NCBI GenBank assembly: GCA_018402015.1
Contig: JAGYJL010000007.1
Coordinates: 13,440 to 77,439, forward strand
Direction of reading: 5' to 3'
Origin: Flavobacteriales bacterium
GTDB lineage: Bacteria; Bacteroidota; Bacteroidia; UBA10329
DNA: 64,000 bases
Shown: positions 26,983 through 36,461 of the stretch, piece by piece
How positions within the stretch are numbered: position 1 is the first letter of the stretch
Layout of the letters: every line of letters begins with the position of its first letter
Notes under the pieces: model-generated
Seen by the model: the letters and a program-made list of their open reading frames with translations, nothing else
Databases searched by the model: none
What the model was told of the DNA's origin: nothing
Made by a program: the position numbers and the translations under genes

Positions 26983-27597
26983 ATGAAAGACTACCAAGCG
27001 TATAACGACAAGCTATTTTCCAGATGGGCCCCGGTGTATGACGGGTTTGAACTGATCCTATCTCATGTGAGAAAGGAAATGGTTCAAGAAATCAACCCTA
27101 GCAACAAAACCGTTTTAGATGTAGCTACAGGAACAGGCAGTTTGGCCATTGCTTTGAGCGCTACAGCAAAAAAGGTGGTAGCTATCGATCTATCGGATAA
27201 AATGTTGGATGTAGCCAAAAAGAAACGTAGCAACTATGAGCTGTCTTTCTTACAAATGGACGCGAGTAATATGAGTTTCCAAGACGGGGCATTCGATATC
27301 GTTACTATTAGTTTAGGATTGCACGATATGCCCTTAGAAGTAAGGACGGCTGTACTGGAAGAAGCCAAACGCGTGTTGAAAAAAGACGGCAAGCTGTACG
27401 TTTTGGAATATGATGTGCCGAGAAATAAGCTATTGAGATGGTGTTCCACATTTTTCATCAACCTCTTTGAGAGCAAATACTATCTCCCGTTCATTGCATC
27501 TGATTTTGAATCTTATCTGGGTTCATTCGGCTTTAAAATGGAGAGAAAGACAAATTATCTGCTCGGTCACTTACAGTTTTTAACGCTCACCAATTAA
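26983..27597 (+). CDS. class I SAM-dependent methyltransferase
   Basis: ATG at 26983; the track starts at a TTG at 26977. SAM motif I VLDVATGTGSLAIAL, with post-I and motif II (AIDLSDKML, FDIVTISLGLHDM). Confidence 0.8.
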   Translation: MKDYQAYNDKLFSRWAPVYDGFELILSHVRKEMVQEINPSNKTVLDVATGTGSLAIALSATAKKVVAIDLSDKMLDVAKKKRSNYELSFLQMDASNMSFQDGAFDIVTISLGLHDMPLEVRTAVLEEAKRVLKKDGKLYVLEYDVPRNKLLRWCSTFFINLFESKYYLPFIASDFESYLGSFGFKMERKTNYLLGHLQFLTLTN

Positions 27598-27783
27598 GCA
27601 TGCCCCGCTTACTGCATTGCGTTTTTGAAGAGGGAACAGTGGTGAATAGCTTTTACGCATAGATCTGAAACAGTAGCGTGACATAGGTTCCATTAAGCAG
27701 TTTGCTCCAATCTATTTTTGCCCACCGTAAAACCAAGGTGGTTATACTGAATCAGTACAACATAAAGTGAGCAATAGAAAGTG

Positions 27784-28806
27784 ATGTCGATCATACTGGT
27801 TTTAACCTTGGGATTTGTATTTGGGGCAATCATCCAATATGCAAGCCTCAACAAATTCAACGTGATAAGCGGACTGGCTACGCTTGATGATCTGGCAGTA
27901 GCCAAAGCCATTGCGTTGGCCATAGGTATTGGAGTGATCATTCTGAACATAGAGATCGGACTGGGATTTGCCACATACCACACCAAACCGTTTCTCTTAG
28001 GAGGTATTGTTTTGGGCGGATTGCTTTTTGGTACAGGAATGGCCATTTTAGGTTACTGTCCGGGTACACTTGCCATTTCGTTGGGAGAAGGTTCGGTAGA
28101 CGCGCTTATTGGCATATTTGGTGGTTTGGTCGGTGGCTTGGTTTTTACGCTCATGCTGCCATCGATAGAAAATATATTGGGTCCTGATCTTGGAGAGTTA
28201 TCGTTGAATTCTCTTGTGGGTACAAACGCCACTTTTTACATACTCATTTTCATTATCGGTAGCCTTTTGGTTGGCATTTCTTTTTGGCTGCACAAACTGG
28301 AAAAAGCAAAAGACCACAAGTGGCTCTATGCAGGAATTGCACTGGCAATTTTAAATCCGATCATGTTCATATCGGCAACTACAAATAGACCAATAGGTGC
28401 GTCAACCTCCTTCCCATATTTTGCCGATCTGTTAACGGGCGTAACTCAGAACAGTTATTTCCAAATGATCGAGGAGTCGGGAAACTGGGAATTGATTTTT
28501 CTTGCTGGTGCCTTTTTAGCTGGTTTGATCATTTCGTTGGTTAAAAAGGAATTCAAATTCACCTTGATACATAGTAACTGGGAAAAGTACAAAGGTCCAT
28601 CTGCCGCCAAAAGAGTAGTTGGTGCTTTTGTAGGGGGTTTTATTCTGATAGTTGGTGCAAGAATGGCTGGTGGTTGCACAAGCGGACACATACTTTCTGG
28701 CGGCATGCAACTTGCCATAAGTAGTTTGGTGTTTGCTGTTTTCACCTTCATAGGTCTTTTGGCAACAGGAAGATCATTCTATAAGAAGAGCCCGCACAAG
28801 CAGTAA
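27784..28806 (+). CDS. YeeE/YedE-family (sulfur-compound transport-like) membrane protein
   Basis: Two-repeat polytopic protein with GYCPGT in repeat 1 and GGCTSGHILSG in repeat 2, the conserved Cys motifs of YeeE/YedE. Confidence 0.8.
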   Translation: MSIILVLTLGFVFGAIIQYASLNKFNVISGLATLDDLAVAKAIALAIGIGVIILNIEIGLGFATYHTKPFLLGGIVLGGLLFGTGMAILGYCPGTLAISLGEGSVDALIGIFGGLVGGLVFTLMLPSIENILGPDLGELSLNSLVGTNATFYILIFIIGSLLVGISFWLHKLEKAKDHKWLYAGIALAILNPIMFISATTNRPIGASTSFPYFADLLTGVTQNSYFQMIEESGNWELIFLAGAFLAGLIISLVKKEFKFTLIHSNWEKYKGPSAAKRVVGAFVGGFILIVGARMAGGCTSGHILSGGMQLAISSLVFAVFTFIGLLATGRSFYKKSPHKQ

Positions 28807-28950
28807 CAGATAGTTGTAAAACCGAACCGCTGGTATGAACGATTTGTTTTTGCTGGCTTCCGTGTTAAAATAGCGTATCCCTTTCTGTCCTTTCGGCTCA
28901 TTTATTGTACAATTGGTTATCTTCCATATCTGTAAACCACAACCCTTATC

Positions 28951-29412
28951 ATGAAAGCATTACTCAAAGTAGCAGGACTCATTGTGATCGTTGCCTTTTC
29001 ATTCGGTAATTCAGCACAAGCGCAAAAGAAGATCCCCGAATCGGTAAAGAAGTCGTTTTCAAAGAAGCATGCCGACATCAAAGAAGTACACTGGCAAATG
29101 GTAGACGGCAATTTCGAAGGGCAATTCAAGCAGGATGGCGGGGAGTACACGGCCGTCTTTTCTGTGGAAGGAGAATGGATAGAAACAGAGCAGCAATTGC
29201 GCCCACGCGATCTGCCTAAGGAAGTATCGGCTGCAGCAAAGGAGAATTACAGCAGCTACAGCATAGTAGAGGCCGAAAAGGTAGTATCCGCCACAGAGGG
29301 CGATTTCTACGAATTGAAGTTGAAAAAAGGCTCGGGACTACTGGAATTGAAGGTCTTTGCAGATGGCAAGATGGCGGTAGAAGAGTTGGAAACGGAAGAT
29401 GATGAAGACTGA
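28951..29412 (+). CDS. PepSY-like (beta-lactamase-inhibitor-like) periplasmic protein
   Basis: Signal peptide. Duplicated pattern IPESVKKSFSKKHADIKEVHW...YTAVF / LPKEVSAAAKENYSSYSIVEAEKV...YELKL. Confidence 0.6.
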   Translation: MKALLKVAGLIVIVAFSFGNSAQAQKKIPESVKKSFSKKHADIKEVHWQMVDGNFEGQFKQDGGEYTAVFSVEGEWIETEQQLRPRDLPKEVSAAAKENYSSYSIVEAEKVVSATEGDFYELKLKKGSGLLELKVFADGKMAVEELETEDDED

Positions 29413-29435
29413 GTGTCCATGCGAATTGAGACAAC

Positions 29436-29467
29436 AGCCTCGGCCAACTGGTCGGGGCTTTTTTTTA
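29436..29467 (+). terminator. rho-independent terminator
   Basis: AGCCTCGGCC-AACT-GGTCGGGGCT forms a 10-bp stem (two G-U pairs), followed by a run of 8+ T. Confidence 0.75.
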
Positions 29468-29532
29468 CCAATGAATGATGCGGAAAGGCAACTGCAAATA
29501 AAGTACCTTGTCAACCATCATAAAACACAAAA

Positions 29533-29754
29533 ATGGCAAGCGTTACCAAAGAAGAAAAGAAAGGTCTGAAGCAGAAGTTGCTCGAATTCAGAAGAACAGG
29601 ACTTGTTGCGTATGCGCAGTATCTGGCCAACGAATTGGAAGCTTCTGAAGGTAAAGAGATCAGGAAAGCATACACCAAGTACTTGAAGAAAGAGATAACA
29701 TCCACGGCCAAAAAGATAGCCAGGGTAGAAGCCAAACTGAGTAAGGAAAAGTGA
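29533..29754 (+). CDS. small Lys-rich helical hypothetical protein
   Basis: 73-aa ATG ORF after a terminator. Its stop overlaps the GTG start of the next gene (GTGA). No family recognised. Confidence 0.4.
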   Translation: MASVTKEEKKGLKQKLLEFRRTGLVAYAQYLANELEASEGKEIRKAYTKYLKKEITSTAKKIARVEAKLSKEK

Positions 29755-30461
29755 ATATTCTGAAACCGATCTGGCTTGTTTTTCTGCTGAGCAGCCAAGT
29801 TGTTTTCGCCCAGCAAGACAAGGGAGCGTTGCTTTACGGTAATTCGTTAAGTAATGCCGATTCGCTTTCCAATTGGGTAATGGAAGGTCCGGGTATTACC
29901 AGCACGGAGAATGGATGGATGCGTATGTTTTCGCCTGAACAAGCTGGACATCACGTGTATTGGTGTCCGCAGCAGTTTCCTGCCGATTTTGTAGCAGAGT
30001 GGGAACTCAAGAACAACAATCCTAAAGCTGGCCTGGTGATCATATTCTTCGCAGCAAAAGGATCGGACGGAGAACCCGTTCTAAGTGAGAAACTGAAAGC
30101 GAGAAACGGCACCTTCAAGCAATACACCAAAGGTGATATTCGGAATTATCATATTTCATACTACGCCAATACACCACAACAGAAAGACCGCCCCTTTGCA
30201 CATTTGCGCAAAAATCCGGGATTCAATAAGGTTCATATCGGTAAAGCAGGTATTCCGGCCAATTCAACAGCTATCCATCGTGTTCAACTCAGCAAGAAGA
30301 ATGGCCGCATTCAATTGCTCGTTGATAATGAGTTGGTAATAGATTGGCAAGACGAAGGAAAAGCGTTTGGACCTGTTCTAGATGGTGGTCACATCGGTTT
30401 TCGCCAAATGAAATGGACCGATTTCAGCTACCGTAATTTCCAAGTGTGGAAGGTGGATTGA
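29751..30461 (+). CDS. DUF1961-like (ConA-like lectin/glucanase fold) secreted protein
   Basis: GTG start and signal peptide NILKPIWLVFLLSSQVVFAQ. HHVYWCPQQFPADF, GLVIIFFAAKG, NYHISYYAN and GHIGFRQM resemble the DUF1961/YesU pattern from memory. Confidence 0.5.
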   Translation: MNILKPIWLVFLLSSQVVFAQQDKGALLYGNSLSNADSLSNWVMEGPGITSTENGWMRMFSPEQAGHHVYWCPQQFPADFVAEWELKNNNPKAGLVIIFFAAKGSDGEPVLSEKLKARNGTFKQYTKGDIRNYHISYYANTPQQKDRPFAHLRKNPGFNKVHIGKAGIPANSTAIHRVQLSKKNGRIQLLVDNELVIDWQDEGKAFGPVLDGGHIGFRQMKWTDFSYRNFQVWKVD

Positions 30462-30559
30462 CAGTTGGTAAAGTGTGTCATCGCCTCAGTTTTCGATCTC
30501 ACCAAATAGTGCTTAACACTTTTTAACGGCTGTTTCATACCAATTGATGGGGTTTGTTG

Positions 30560-30589
30560 TTTGATGGCTAACCGACAGTTATATTTTTG
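30560..30589 (+). promoter_or_regulatory. candidate Bacteroidetes-type promoter of the moxR-bat operon
   Basis: Exact -7 consensus TAnnTTTG (TATTTTTG, 30582-30589), with TTTG at 30560-30563 (18-nt spacing). It lies 27 nt upstream of the moxR ATG. Confidence 0.35.
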
Positions 30590-30615
30590 CGCAACCAAAT
30601 GAATTTTCAAATACA

Positions 30616-31611
30616 ATGAGCGAAGTAATTGACATCAGACAGATCAATGAGTTGATCGAAAAAGAAAGTGCCTTTGTAGACCTCATTACCATTGAGATGA
30701 ACAAGGTGATCGTAGGTCAACAACACATGGTTGAAAGCCTACTTATTGGTTTGCTTTCAAAAGGACACATTCTGTTGGAAGGTGTTCCGGGGTTGGCAAA
30801 GACGCTTGCCATTAACACATTGGCTTCTACCATCAGTGCGGATTTCAGTAGGATCCAGTTCACTCCAGACCTTCTACCTGCCGATGTGGTAGGAACGCAG
30901 ATCTACAATCAGAAAACAGGCGGGTTCGATGTCCGTAAAGGCCCTATCTTCTCCAATTTCATATTGGCCGATGAGATCAACCGAGCTCCGGCAAAGGTGC
31001 AAAGCGCATTGCTGGAGGCCATGCAAGAGAAGCAGGTAACCATTGGAGATGTGACCTACAAAATGGAAGAACCATTTTTGGTCATGGCCACCATGAACCC
31101 AATTGAGCAGGAGGGAACCTATCCGTTGCCAGAAGCGCAGGTAGATCGTTTCATGCTGAAGGTGGTCATTACGTATCCGAATAAGAAAGACGAAGCACAG
31201 ATCATCCGCCACAACTTGGCAGGAGAGTTCCCTAAAGCGAATTCCGTGCTTAAACCAGCGGATATTCTTAAAGCGAGAGAAGTGGTTCGTCAGGTGTACA
31301 TGGACGAGAAGATCGAGAAGTACATTGTAGATATCGTTTTCGCTAGCCGCTCTCCTGAAGAATATGGTTTGGGCAAGTTGAAAGATCTTATCAGCTTTGG
31401 CGGTTCTCCTCGTGCAAGTATTGCGCTGGCAAAGGCAGCCAAGGCCTACGCCTTCATTAAGCGCAGAGGCTACGTTATTCCAGAAGATGTTCGTGCAGTT
31501 TGCAACGATGTGTTACGTCACCGAATTGGATTGACCTACGAAGCAGAAGCGGAGAACATCACTTCGGAAGAGATCATTGCAGATATTCTGAACACGGTTG
31601 AAGTACCTTAA
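30616..31611 (+). CDS. MoxR-family AAA+ ATPase
   Basis: Walker A GVPGLAKT and Walker B ILADEINRAPAKVQSALLEAMQE. Typical MoxR length of 331 aa. Confidence 0.9.
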   Translation: MSEVIDIRQINELIEKESAFVDLITIEMNKVIVGQQHMVESLLIGLLSKGHILLEGVPGLAKTLAINTLASTISADFSRIQFTPDLLPADVVGTQIYNQKTGGFDVRKGPIFSNFILADEINRAPAKVQSALLEAMQEKQVTIGDVTYKMEEPFLVMATMNPIEQEGTYPLPEAQVDRFMLKVVITYPNKKDEAQIIRHNLAGEFPKANSVLKPADILKAREVVRQVYMDEKIEKYIVDIVFASRSPEEYGLGKLKDLISFGGSPRASIALAKAAKAYAFIKRRGYVIPEDVRAVCNDVLRHRIGLTYEAEAENITSEEIIADILNTVEVP

Positions 31612-31690
31612 ATAGACGTCAGATTTGAGACGTGAGATATCAGATGACCTTAACTGGTTGTTGGTCGCTTATCACTAGTCGCTTAAAAAA

Positions 31691-32563
31691 ATGGAAACGT
31701 CAGAGCTTTTAAAACGCGTACGGAAGATTGAAATAAAGACGAGAGGTCTGAGTAATCAGATATTCTCTGGTCAGTATCATTCAGCCTTCAAAGGACGTGG
31801 TATGGCTTTCTCCGAGGTGCGTGAGTATCAGATGGGCGATGATGTTCGGACAATTGATTGGAACGTAACTGCTAGAACTGGAGACCCTTACGTTAAGGTA
31901 TTTGAAGAAGAGCGCGAGTTAACCGTAATGCTATTGGTTGACGTAAGTGGATCTGGCGATTTTGGTTCAAAGGTGATGCTCAAGCGCCAACTAATGACCG
32001 AGATATGTGCGGTGCTTTCCTTCTCAGCCATTCAGAACAACGATAAAGTTGGAATCATCTTCTTCAGCGATCGGGTTGAAAAATTCATCCCACCGAAGAA
32101 AGGTAAGAGCCACATTCTGCGGATCATTCGTGAATTGATCGACTTCACACCTGAACACAAGGGTACCAACCTAAGCGAAGCGCTACGTTACTTGACCAAT
32201 GTGGTAAAGAAGCGAAGCATAACCTTCCTGCTTACCGATTTCATGGATTCGAACTATTCTGATGCTTTGAAGTTGGCCAATAAGAAACACGATCTTGTTG
32301 CCATTCGGGTTTTCGATGCATTGGAGCAGGAGATACCGAATGTTGGACTTCTACCAATGACCGATACGGAAACAGGCGAACTCGTTTGGGTGGATACTTC
32401 CAACAAGGAAAGCAGAACAAAACTCAAGGCGTCATCGCTCAGATTTGAGGCAGAGTTGAAAGACACGTTGATGAAATCGGGTGTTGACATGGCCGAGATC
32501 CGAACAGATCATTCGTACGTGAAGCCGTTATTGAACCTATTTAAACGAAGAGGAGCCAAATGA
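31691..32563 (+). CDS. DUF58-domain protein (MoxR partner, VWA-like)
   Basis: GQYHSAFKGRGMAFSEVREYQMGDDVRTIDWNVTAR is the DUF58 signature. Its position after moxR is canonical. Confidence 0.85.
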   Translation: METSELLKRVRKIEIKTRGLSNQIFSGQYHSAFKGRGMAFSEVREYQMGDDVRTIDWNVTARTGDPYVKVFEEERELTVMLLVDVSGSGDFGSKVMLKRQLMTEICAVLSFSAIQNNDKVGIIFFSDRVEKFIPPKKGKSHILRIIRELIDFTPEHKGTNLSEALRYLTNVVKKRSITFLLTDFMDSNYSDALKLANKKHDLVAIRVFDALEQEIPNVGLLPMTDTETGELVWVDTSNKESRTKLKASSLRFEAELKDTLMKSGVDMAEIRTDHSYVKPLLNLFKRRGAK

Positions 32564-33507
32564 GAAAGCTGTTCTTCATATTGTGTCTGCTGAGTTCGGG
32601 TTGGGTTGTTGCACAAGATGCAACGGTCACTGCTGTTCTTGATAGTCAGCAAATCCTTATTGGAGACCAGATCAATCTTGATCTGACAGTTGAATTAAGA
32701 GATAATAGCAAGGTCGCTTGGCCATTCTTCAAGGATACCATCACGGGTCAGTTGGAAATCGTTCAGGTTTCCGTGCTAGATACCACCGTTAAGGAAACTG
32801 GAGAAACGGTCCTGCACCAACGTTTAGTAATAACCAGCTTCGATACTGGCTTCATGGTATTGCCGCCTATCAGCTTCATTTTCAATGATGATTCTTTGCA
32901 AGTTCTGACAACAGAACCGTATTTGATCTTCGTGTCAGATATTCCTGTGGAGATGGAGGCGGATATCAAAGACATCAAAGAACCTTATGATGTGCCTTTC
33001 AATTGGAAAAAGTGGTTGAAATGGATTCTACTAGGCGTTCTACTTGTGGTGTTGATCATTCTTGGTGTCTATCTATATCGCAAATACAGAAAGCAACCAG
33101 AAGAGCCAGTTGCTCGACCAAAACCAAAACGCCCTGCACACGAGTTGGCATTGGAGAAATTGGAAGAACTACGTCAGAAGAAACTGTGGCAGAACAACAG
33201 AACGAAAGAGTTCTACGTGGAGCTTTCTGACATCATTCGTGAGTATATCGAGTTCCAGTTTGATGTGTTGGCATTGGAAATGACCACCCAAGAAACCATT
33301 GCATCGCTCAAACTTGCAGGTATAGATGATGAAAAGTTGAAGCGCTTGAAAGAGATGCTTCAAATGGCCGATCTTGCCAAGTTTGCCAAGTATCAACCCT
33401 TACCTAATGAGAACGAGGCCTGTTTTGAAACTGCACGCAAGTTCGTTTCAGAAACCTTGGTAATGCCTTTGGATGAAGTGAATAAAGAAGAGGAGAAGGA
33501 AGGATGA
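32560..33507 (+). CDS. membrane-anchored protein of the Bat operon (BatD-N-like ectodomain + DUF4381-like C-terminal part)
   Basis: ATGA overlap with DUF58. Signal peptide, one TM (WILLGVLLVVLIILGVYLY), and C-terminal ...LQMADLAKFAKYQP typical of DUF4381-like operon members. Confidence 0.6.
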   Translation: MRKLFFILCLLSSGWVVAQDATVTAVLDSQQILIGDQINLDLTVELRDNSKVAWPFFKDTITGQLEIVQVSVLDTTVKETGETVLHQRLVITSFDTGFMVLPPISFIFNDDSLQVLTTEPYLIFVSDIPVEMEADIKDIKEPYDVPFNWKKWLKWILLGVLLVVLIILGVYLYRKYRKQPEEPVARPKPKRPAHELALEKLEELRQKKLWQNNRTKEFYVELSDIIREYIEFQFDVLALEMTTQETIASLKLAGIDDEKLKRLKEMLQMADLAKFAKYQPLPNENEACFETARKFVSETLVMPLDEVNKEEEKEG

Positions 33508-34502
33508 TGGCTGATATCACATTCAAGAATCCCGAACTGCTTTGGTTGGCCTTAGTGCTTATTCCGTTGGTAGCGTACTACGTTTTCCAACAACGGAAGA
33601 ACCGTGCGGAGTTCCGGTTTTCGAATGTATCTGCGGCCAGAGTGGCGGAGGCTACCTTAAAAGCAAAACTCGTTCATCTCCCTTTTGCCTTGCGATGTTT
33701 GGCCATTGCGCTGCTTATTGTGGTCTTAGCAAGGCCTCAATCTACCAGTAGTTGGCAAGATGTAACGGCAGAAGGAATCGACATTGTAATGGCCTTGGAT
33801 ATTTCCAGTTCGATGCTTGCCGAGGATTTCAAACCCAATCGTTTGGAAGCGGCTAAAAAAGTGGCCAAGAACTTTATCAGTAATCGCCCGAACGATCGTC
33901 TTGGTCTGGTGGTCTTTGCAGGGGAAAGCTTCACGCAATGTCCGTTAACAACGGATCATTCTGTCATTCTTAATCTATTCGCTGATGTGAAAAGCGGCAT
34001 GTTGGAAGACGGAACCGCCATCGGAATGGGATTAGCAACCTCCGTAAAGCGTTTGAAAGACAGCGAAGCCATCAGCAAGGTTGTCATTCTACTTACCGAT
34101 GGAGACAATAACTCTGGGAATATTGCCCCGGCAACAGCAGCCGAAATCGCAAAGGAATTCGGTATTCGTGTTTACACTATTGGAGTTGGCACCAGAGGAA
34201 CCGCACCAATGCCGTTTACCGATCCGTTTGGCCGTACGCGTTATCAAGATGTTGAGGTAAAGATCAACGAAGAACTTCTTACCCGCATTGCCGATATGAC
34301 CGATGGAAAGTATTTCCGCGCTACGGATAATGAAAGTTTGGAAGCCGTTTATACTGAGATAGACGAATTGGAAAAATCGAAGATAGATGTGACCGAATAC
34401 CGCAAACGAAAGGAGGAATTCCTACCATTTGCACTTATCGCGTTGCTGCTCTTGGGAATTGAATTGTTGTTGAAACAAACCGTGCTAAGATCAATTGTTT
34501 AG
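33504..34502 (+). CDS. batA: VWA-domain aerotolerance protein BatA
   Basis: ATGA overlap. N-terminal TM pair, then a VWA MIDAS motif (DIVMALDISSSM), then LLTDGDNN and a C-terminal TM. Confidence 0.85.
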   Translation: MMADITFKNPELLWLALVLIPLVAYYVFQQRKNRAEFRFSNVSAARVAEATLKAKLVHLPFALRCLAIALLIVVLARPQSTSSWQDVTAEGIDIVMALDISSSMLAEDFKPNRLEAAKKVAKNFISNRPNDRLGLVVFAGESFTQCPLTTDHSVILNLFADVKSGMLEDGTAIGMGLATSVKRLKDSEAISKVVILLTDGDNNSGNIAPATAAEIAKEFGIRVYTIGVGTRGTAPMPFTDPFGRTRYQDVEVKINEELLTRIADMTDGKYFRATDNESLEAVYTEIDELEKSKIDVTEYRKRKEEFLPFALIALLLLGIELLLKQTVLRSIV

Positions 34503-34549
34503 GTAATGAGAAATGAAGAACTAATAATTAAGAATGAACTTTCAGGGAG

Positions 34550-34611
34550 CGTCATGCTGAACTCGTTTCAGTATATTGAAGTATGGACCCTGAAACAAGT
34601 TCAGGGTGACG
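34550..34611. repeat. REP-like palindromic element inside the batA-batB spacer
   Basis: CGTCATGCTGAACTCGTTTCAG ... CTGAAACAAGTTCAGGGTGACG: 19 of 22 positions are complementary. It belongs to the same GTCAT...ATGAC class as 20055-20130. Confidence 0.6.
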
Positions 34612-34668
34612 GTTTATTGACCGCTGATGTCTTGGGCAATTCATCATTCCTAATTCATAATTAAGAAA

Positions 34669-35706
34669 GTGTTCAGGTTTGGAGATGAAATATGGCTGTA
34701 TGCGTTGCTGGTAATTCCGGCACTCATTGTATTGTATTGGGTTAACGCCCGGTGGCGAAAGCGTGTGCTGCAGCAATTGGCAGATGCCAATGTGCTCGAC
34801 AACTTGATTCCAACGTTTTCCAAGGTTCTTCCAAGATGGAAACGACTTCTATTTACCGTGGGTATTGCCTTTCTTCTTGTCGGAATGGCCAACCCACAGA
34901 TAGGCACCAAGTACGAAGAAGTGAAGCGAGAAGGCTTTGAGCTGATGATCTGCTTGGATGTTTCGAACAGTATGCTGGCCGAAGACCTTACCCCGAATCG
35001 ATTGGAGCGTGCGAAACAGGCGATTTCCAGATTGGTGGATAGGTTGAAGAACGATAAGATCGGTGTGATTGTTTTTGCGGGAGACGCGTTCATTCAATTA
35101 CCAATGACCGTTGATCATTCGGCAGCTAAATTGTTTCTCCGTTCCATTGATACGGATATTGTGCCGACTCAAGGAACGGCCATTGGTAAGGCCATTGAAC
35201 TGGCAAGTTCTTCGTTCAGCACCAACACAAAAGCCAATAAATCCATTATCGTTATTACTGATGGAGAAAACCACGAAGATGATGCGTTGGAACAAGCAGC
35301 GGCAGCTGCTGAGCAAGGCATAAAGGTGCATACGATCGGTATCGGTTCGGTAGATGGCACACCGATTCCAATGTATAAACGTGGGCAAATGTTGGGTTAT
35401 CGCAAAGACCGAGAAGGTAATACAGTGGTTACCAAACTCAACGAGACCATGTTACAGCAAATTGCAGCTTCTGGAGAAGGAACGTATGTTCGCGCAAACA
35501 ATAGCAGAACCGGTCTGAACGTGTTGATGGATGAATTGGAAGGCATGCAACGGGAAGAATTCGGCAGTAAAATGTTTACCAGTTACGAAGATCGTTTTCA
35601 GTACTTCGTAGCTGTGGCATTGCTGTTGTTGCTGATAGAAGTGCTTTTGCCATCTCGTAAATTGAAACTATTCGGAAACGTGAATCTATTCTCGGTCAGG
35701 AAATGA
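34669..35706 (+). CDS. batB: VWA-domain aerotolerance protein BatB
   Basis: GTG start. TM pair, MIDAS motif ELMICLDVSNSM, ITDGENHEDD, and a C-terminal TM. Confidence 0.85.
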   Translation: MFRFGDEIWLYALLVIPALIVLYWVNARWRKRVLQQLADANVLDNLIPTFSKVLPRWKRLLFTVGIAFLLVGMANPQIGTKYEEVKREGFELMICLDVSNSMLAEDLTPNRLERAKQAISRLVDRLKNDKIGVIVFAGDAFIQLPMTVDHSAAKLFLRSIDTDIVPTQGTAIGKAIELASSSFSTNTKANKSIIVITDGENHEDDALEQAAAAAEQGIKVHTIGIGSVDGTPIPMYKRGQMLGYRKDREGNTVVTKLNETMLQQIAASGEGTYVRANNSRTGLNVLMDELEGMQREEFGSKMFTSYEDRFQYFVAVALLLLLIEVLLPSRKLKLFGNVNLFSVRK

Positions 35707-36461
35707 AAGTGTTTCGGTTCATATGGATATTGATGCTGCCAATTTTGGCTGTAGCTCAGGAAAATCCTGCGGCCAATGATCTTATTGAAAAGGGCAACAA
35801 GCTTTATGAGGACGGTAATTATGGTGAAGCAGAAATGACATACCGTGAAGGCCAGGCGCAAGGTGCAGATGCGTTCATCTCTGGTTTTAATCTAGGTGAT
35901 GCGCTTTTCAAACAAGAACGGTATGAGGAAGCTGCTGCGGCATTTCAGTCGTTGCCCAATCTTACCGATGACAAGGAGAAGAAAGCCTCTGCATTTCACA
36001 ACCTTGGCAACTCGTTTTTAAAGGCGCAGAAGTTTCAAGAAAGTGTTGATGCGTACAAGCAATCGCTTCGAAACAATCCGAAAGACCTGGAAACCAAGTA
36101 TAACCTAGCTTACGCTAAGCGAATGTTGCAAGAACAACAAGAACAAGAGCAGCAGAATCAGGATAACCAAGAGAATCAGGACAAGCAAGATCAAAAGCAG
36201 GATCAGCAGCAGCAACAAGATCAGAATAAGGAAGAGAAGAAGGATGATGAGCAGAAGCAAGATCAGCAACAGCAACAACAAGATCAAAAGCAAGAAGAGC
36301 AAAACCAGGAGCAGCAACAACCGCAAGAGAACAAGATATCTAAAGAAGACGCTGAGCGAATGCTAGACGCACTTAATCAGGAGGAAAAGGATATCCGCGA
36401 CCGTTTGGAACAACAGAAAGTACGAAAAGGTGTTAAAGGAACGATAGAGAAAGACTGGTAA
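35703..36461 (+). CDS. batC: TPR-repeat protein BatC with Gln/Glu/Asp/Lys-rich low-complexity region
   Basis: ATGA overlap. TPR segments (GNKLYEDGNYGEAEMTYRE, AFHNLGNSFLKAQKFQESVDAYKQSLRNNP), then about 70 aa of QEQQ/QDQK. Confidence 0.75.
   Translation: MKVFRFIWILMLPILAVAQENPAANDLIEKGNKLYEDGNYGEAEMTYREGQAQGADAFISGFNLGDALFKQERYEEAAAAFQSLPNLTDDKEKKASAFHNLGNSFLKAQKFQESVDAYKQSLRNNPKDLETKYNLAYAKRMLQEQQEQEQQNQDNQENQDKQDQKQDQQQQQDQNKEEKKDDEQKQDQQQQQQDQKQEEQNQEQQQPQENKISKEDAERMLDALNQEEKDIRDRLEQQKVRKGVKGTIEKDW

Noticed and set aside
34650-35093. 147-aa - strand ORF
   Set aside because: It is antisense to batB and runs into the REP-containing spacer. No family features.
36105-36326. 73-aa poly-Leu - strand ORF
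   Set aside because: It is the antisense of the CAG/CAA/AAG-rich low-complexity tract of batC (CTG/TTG codons).
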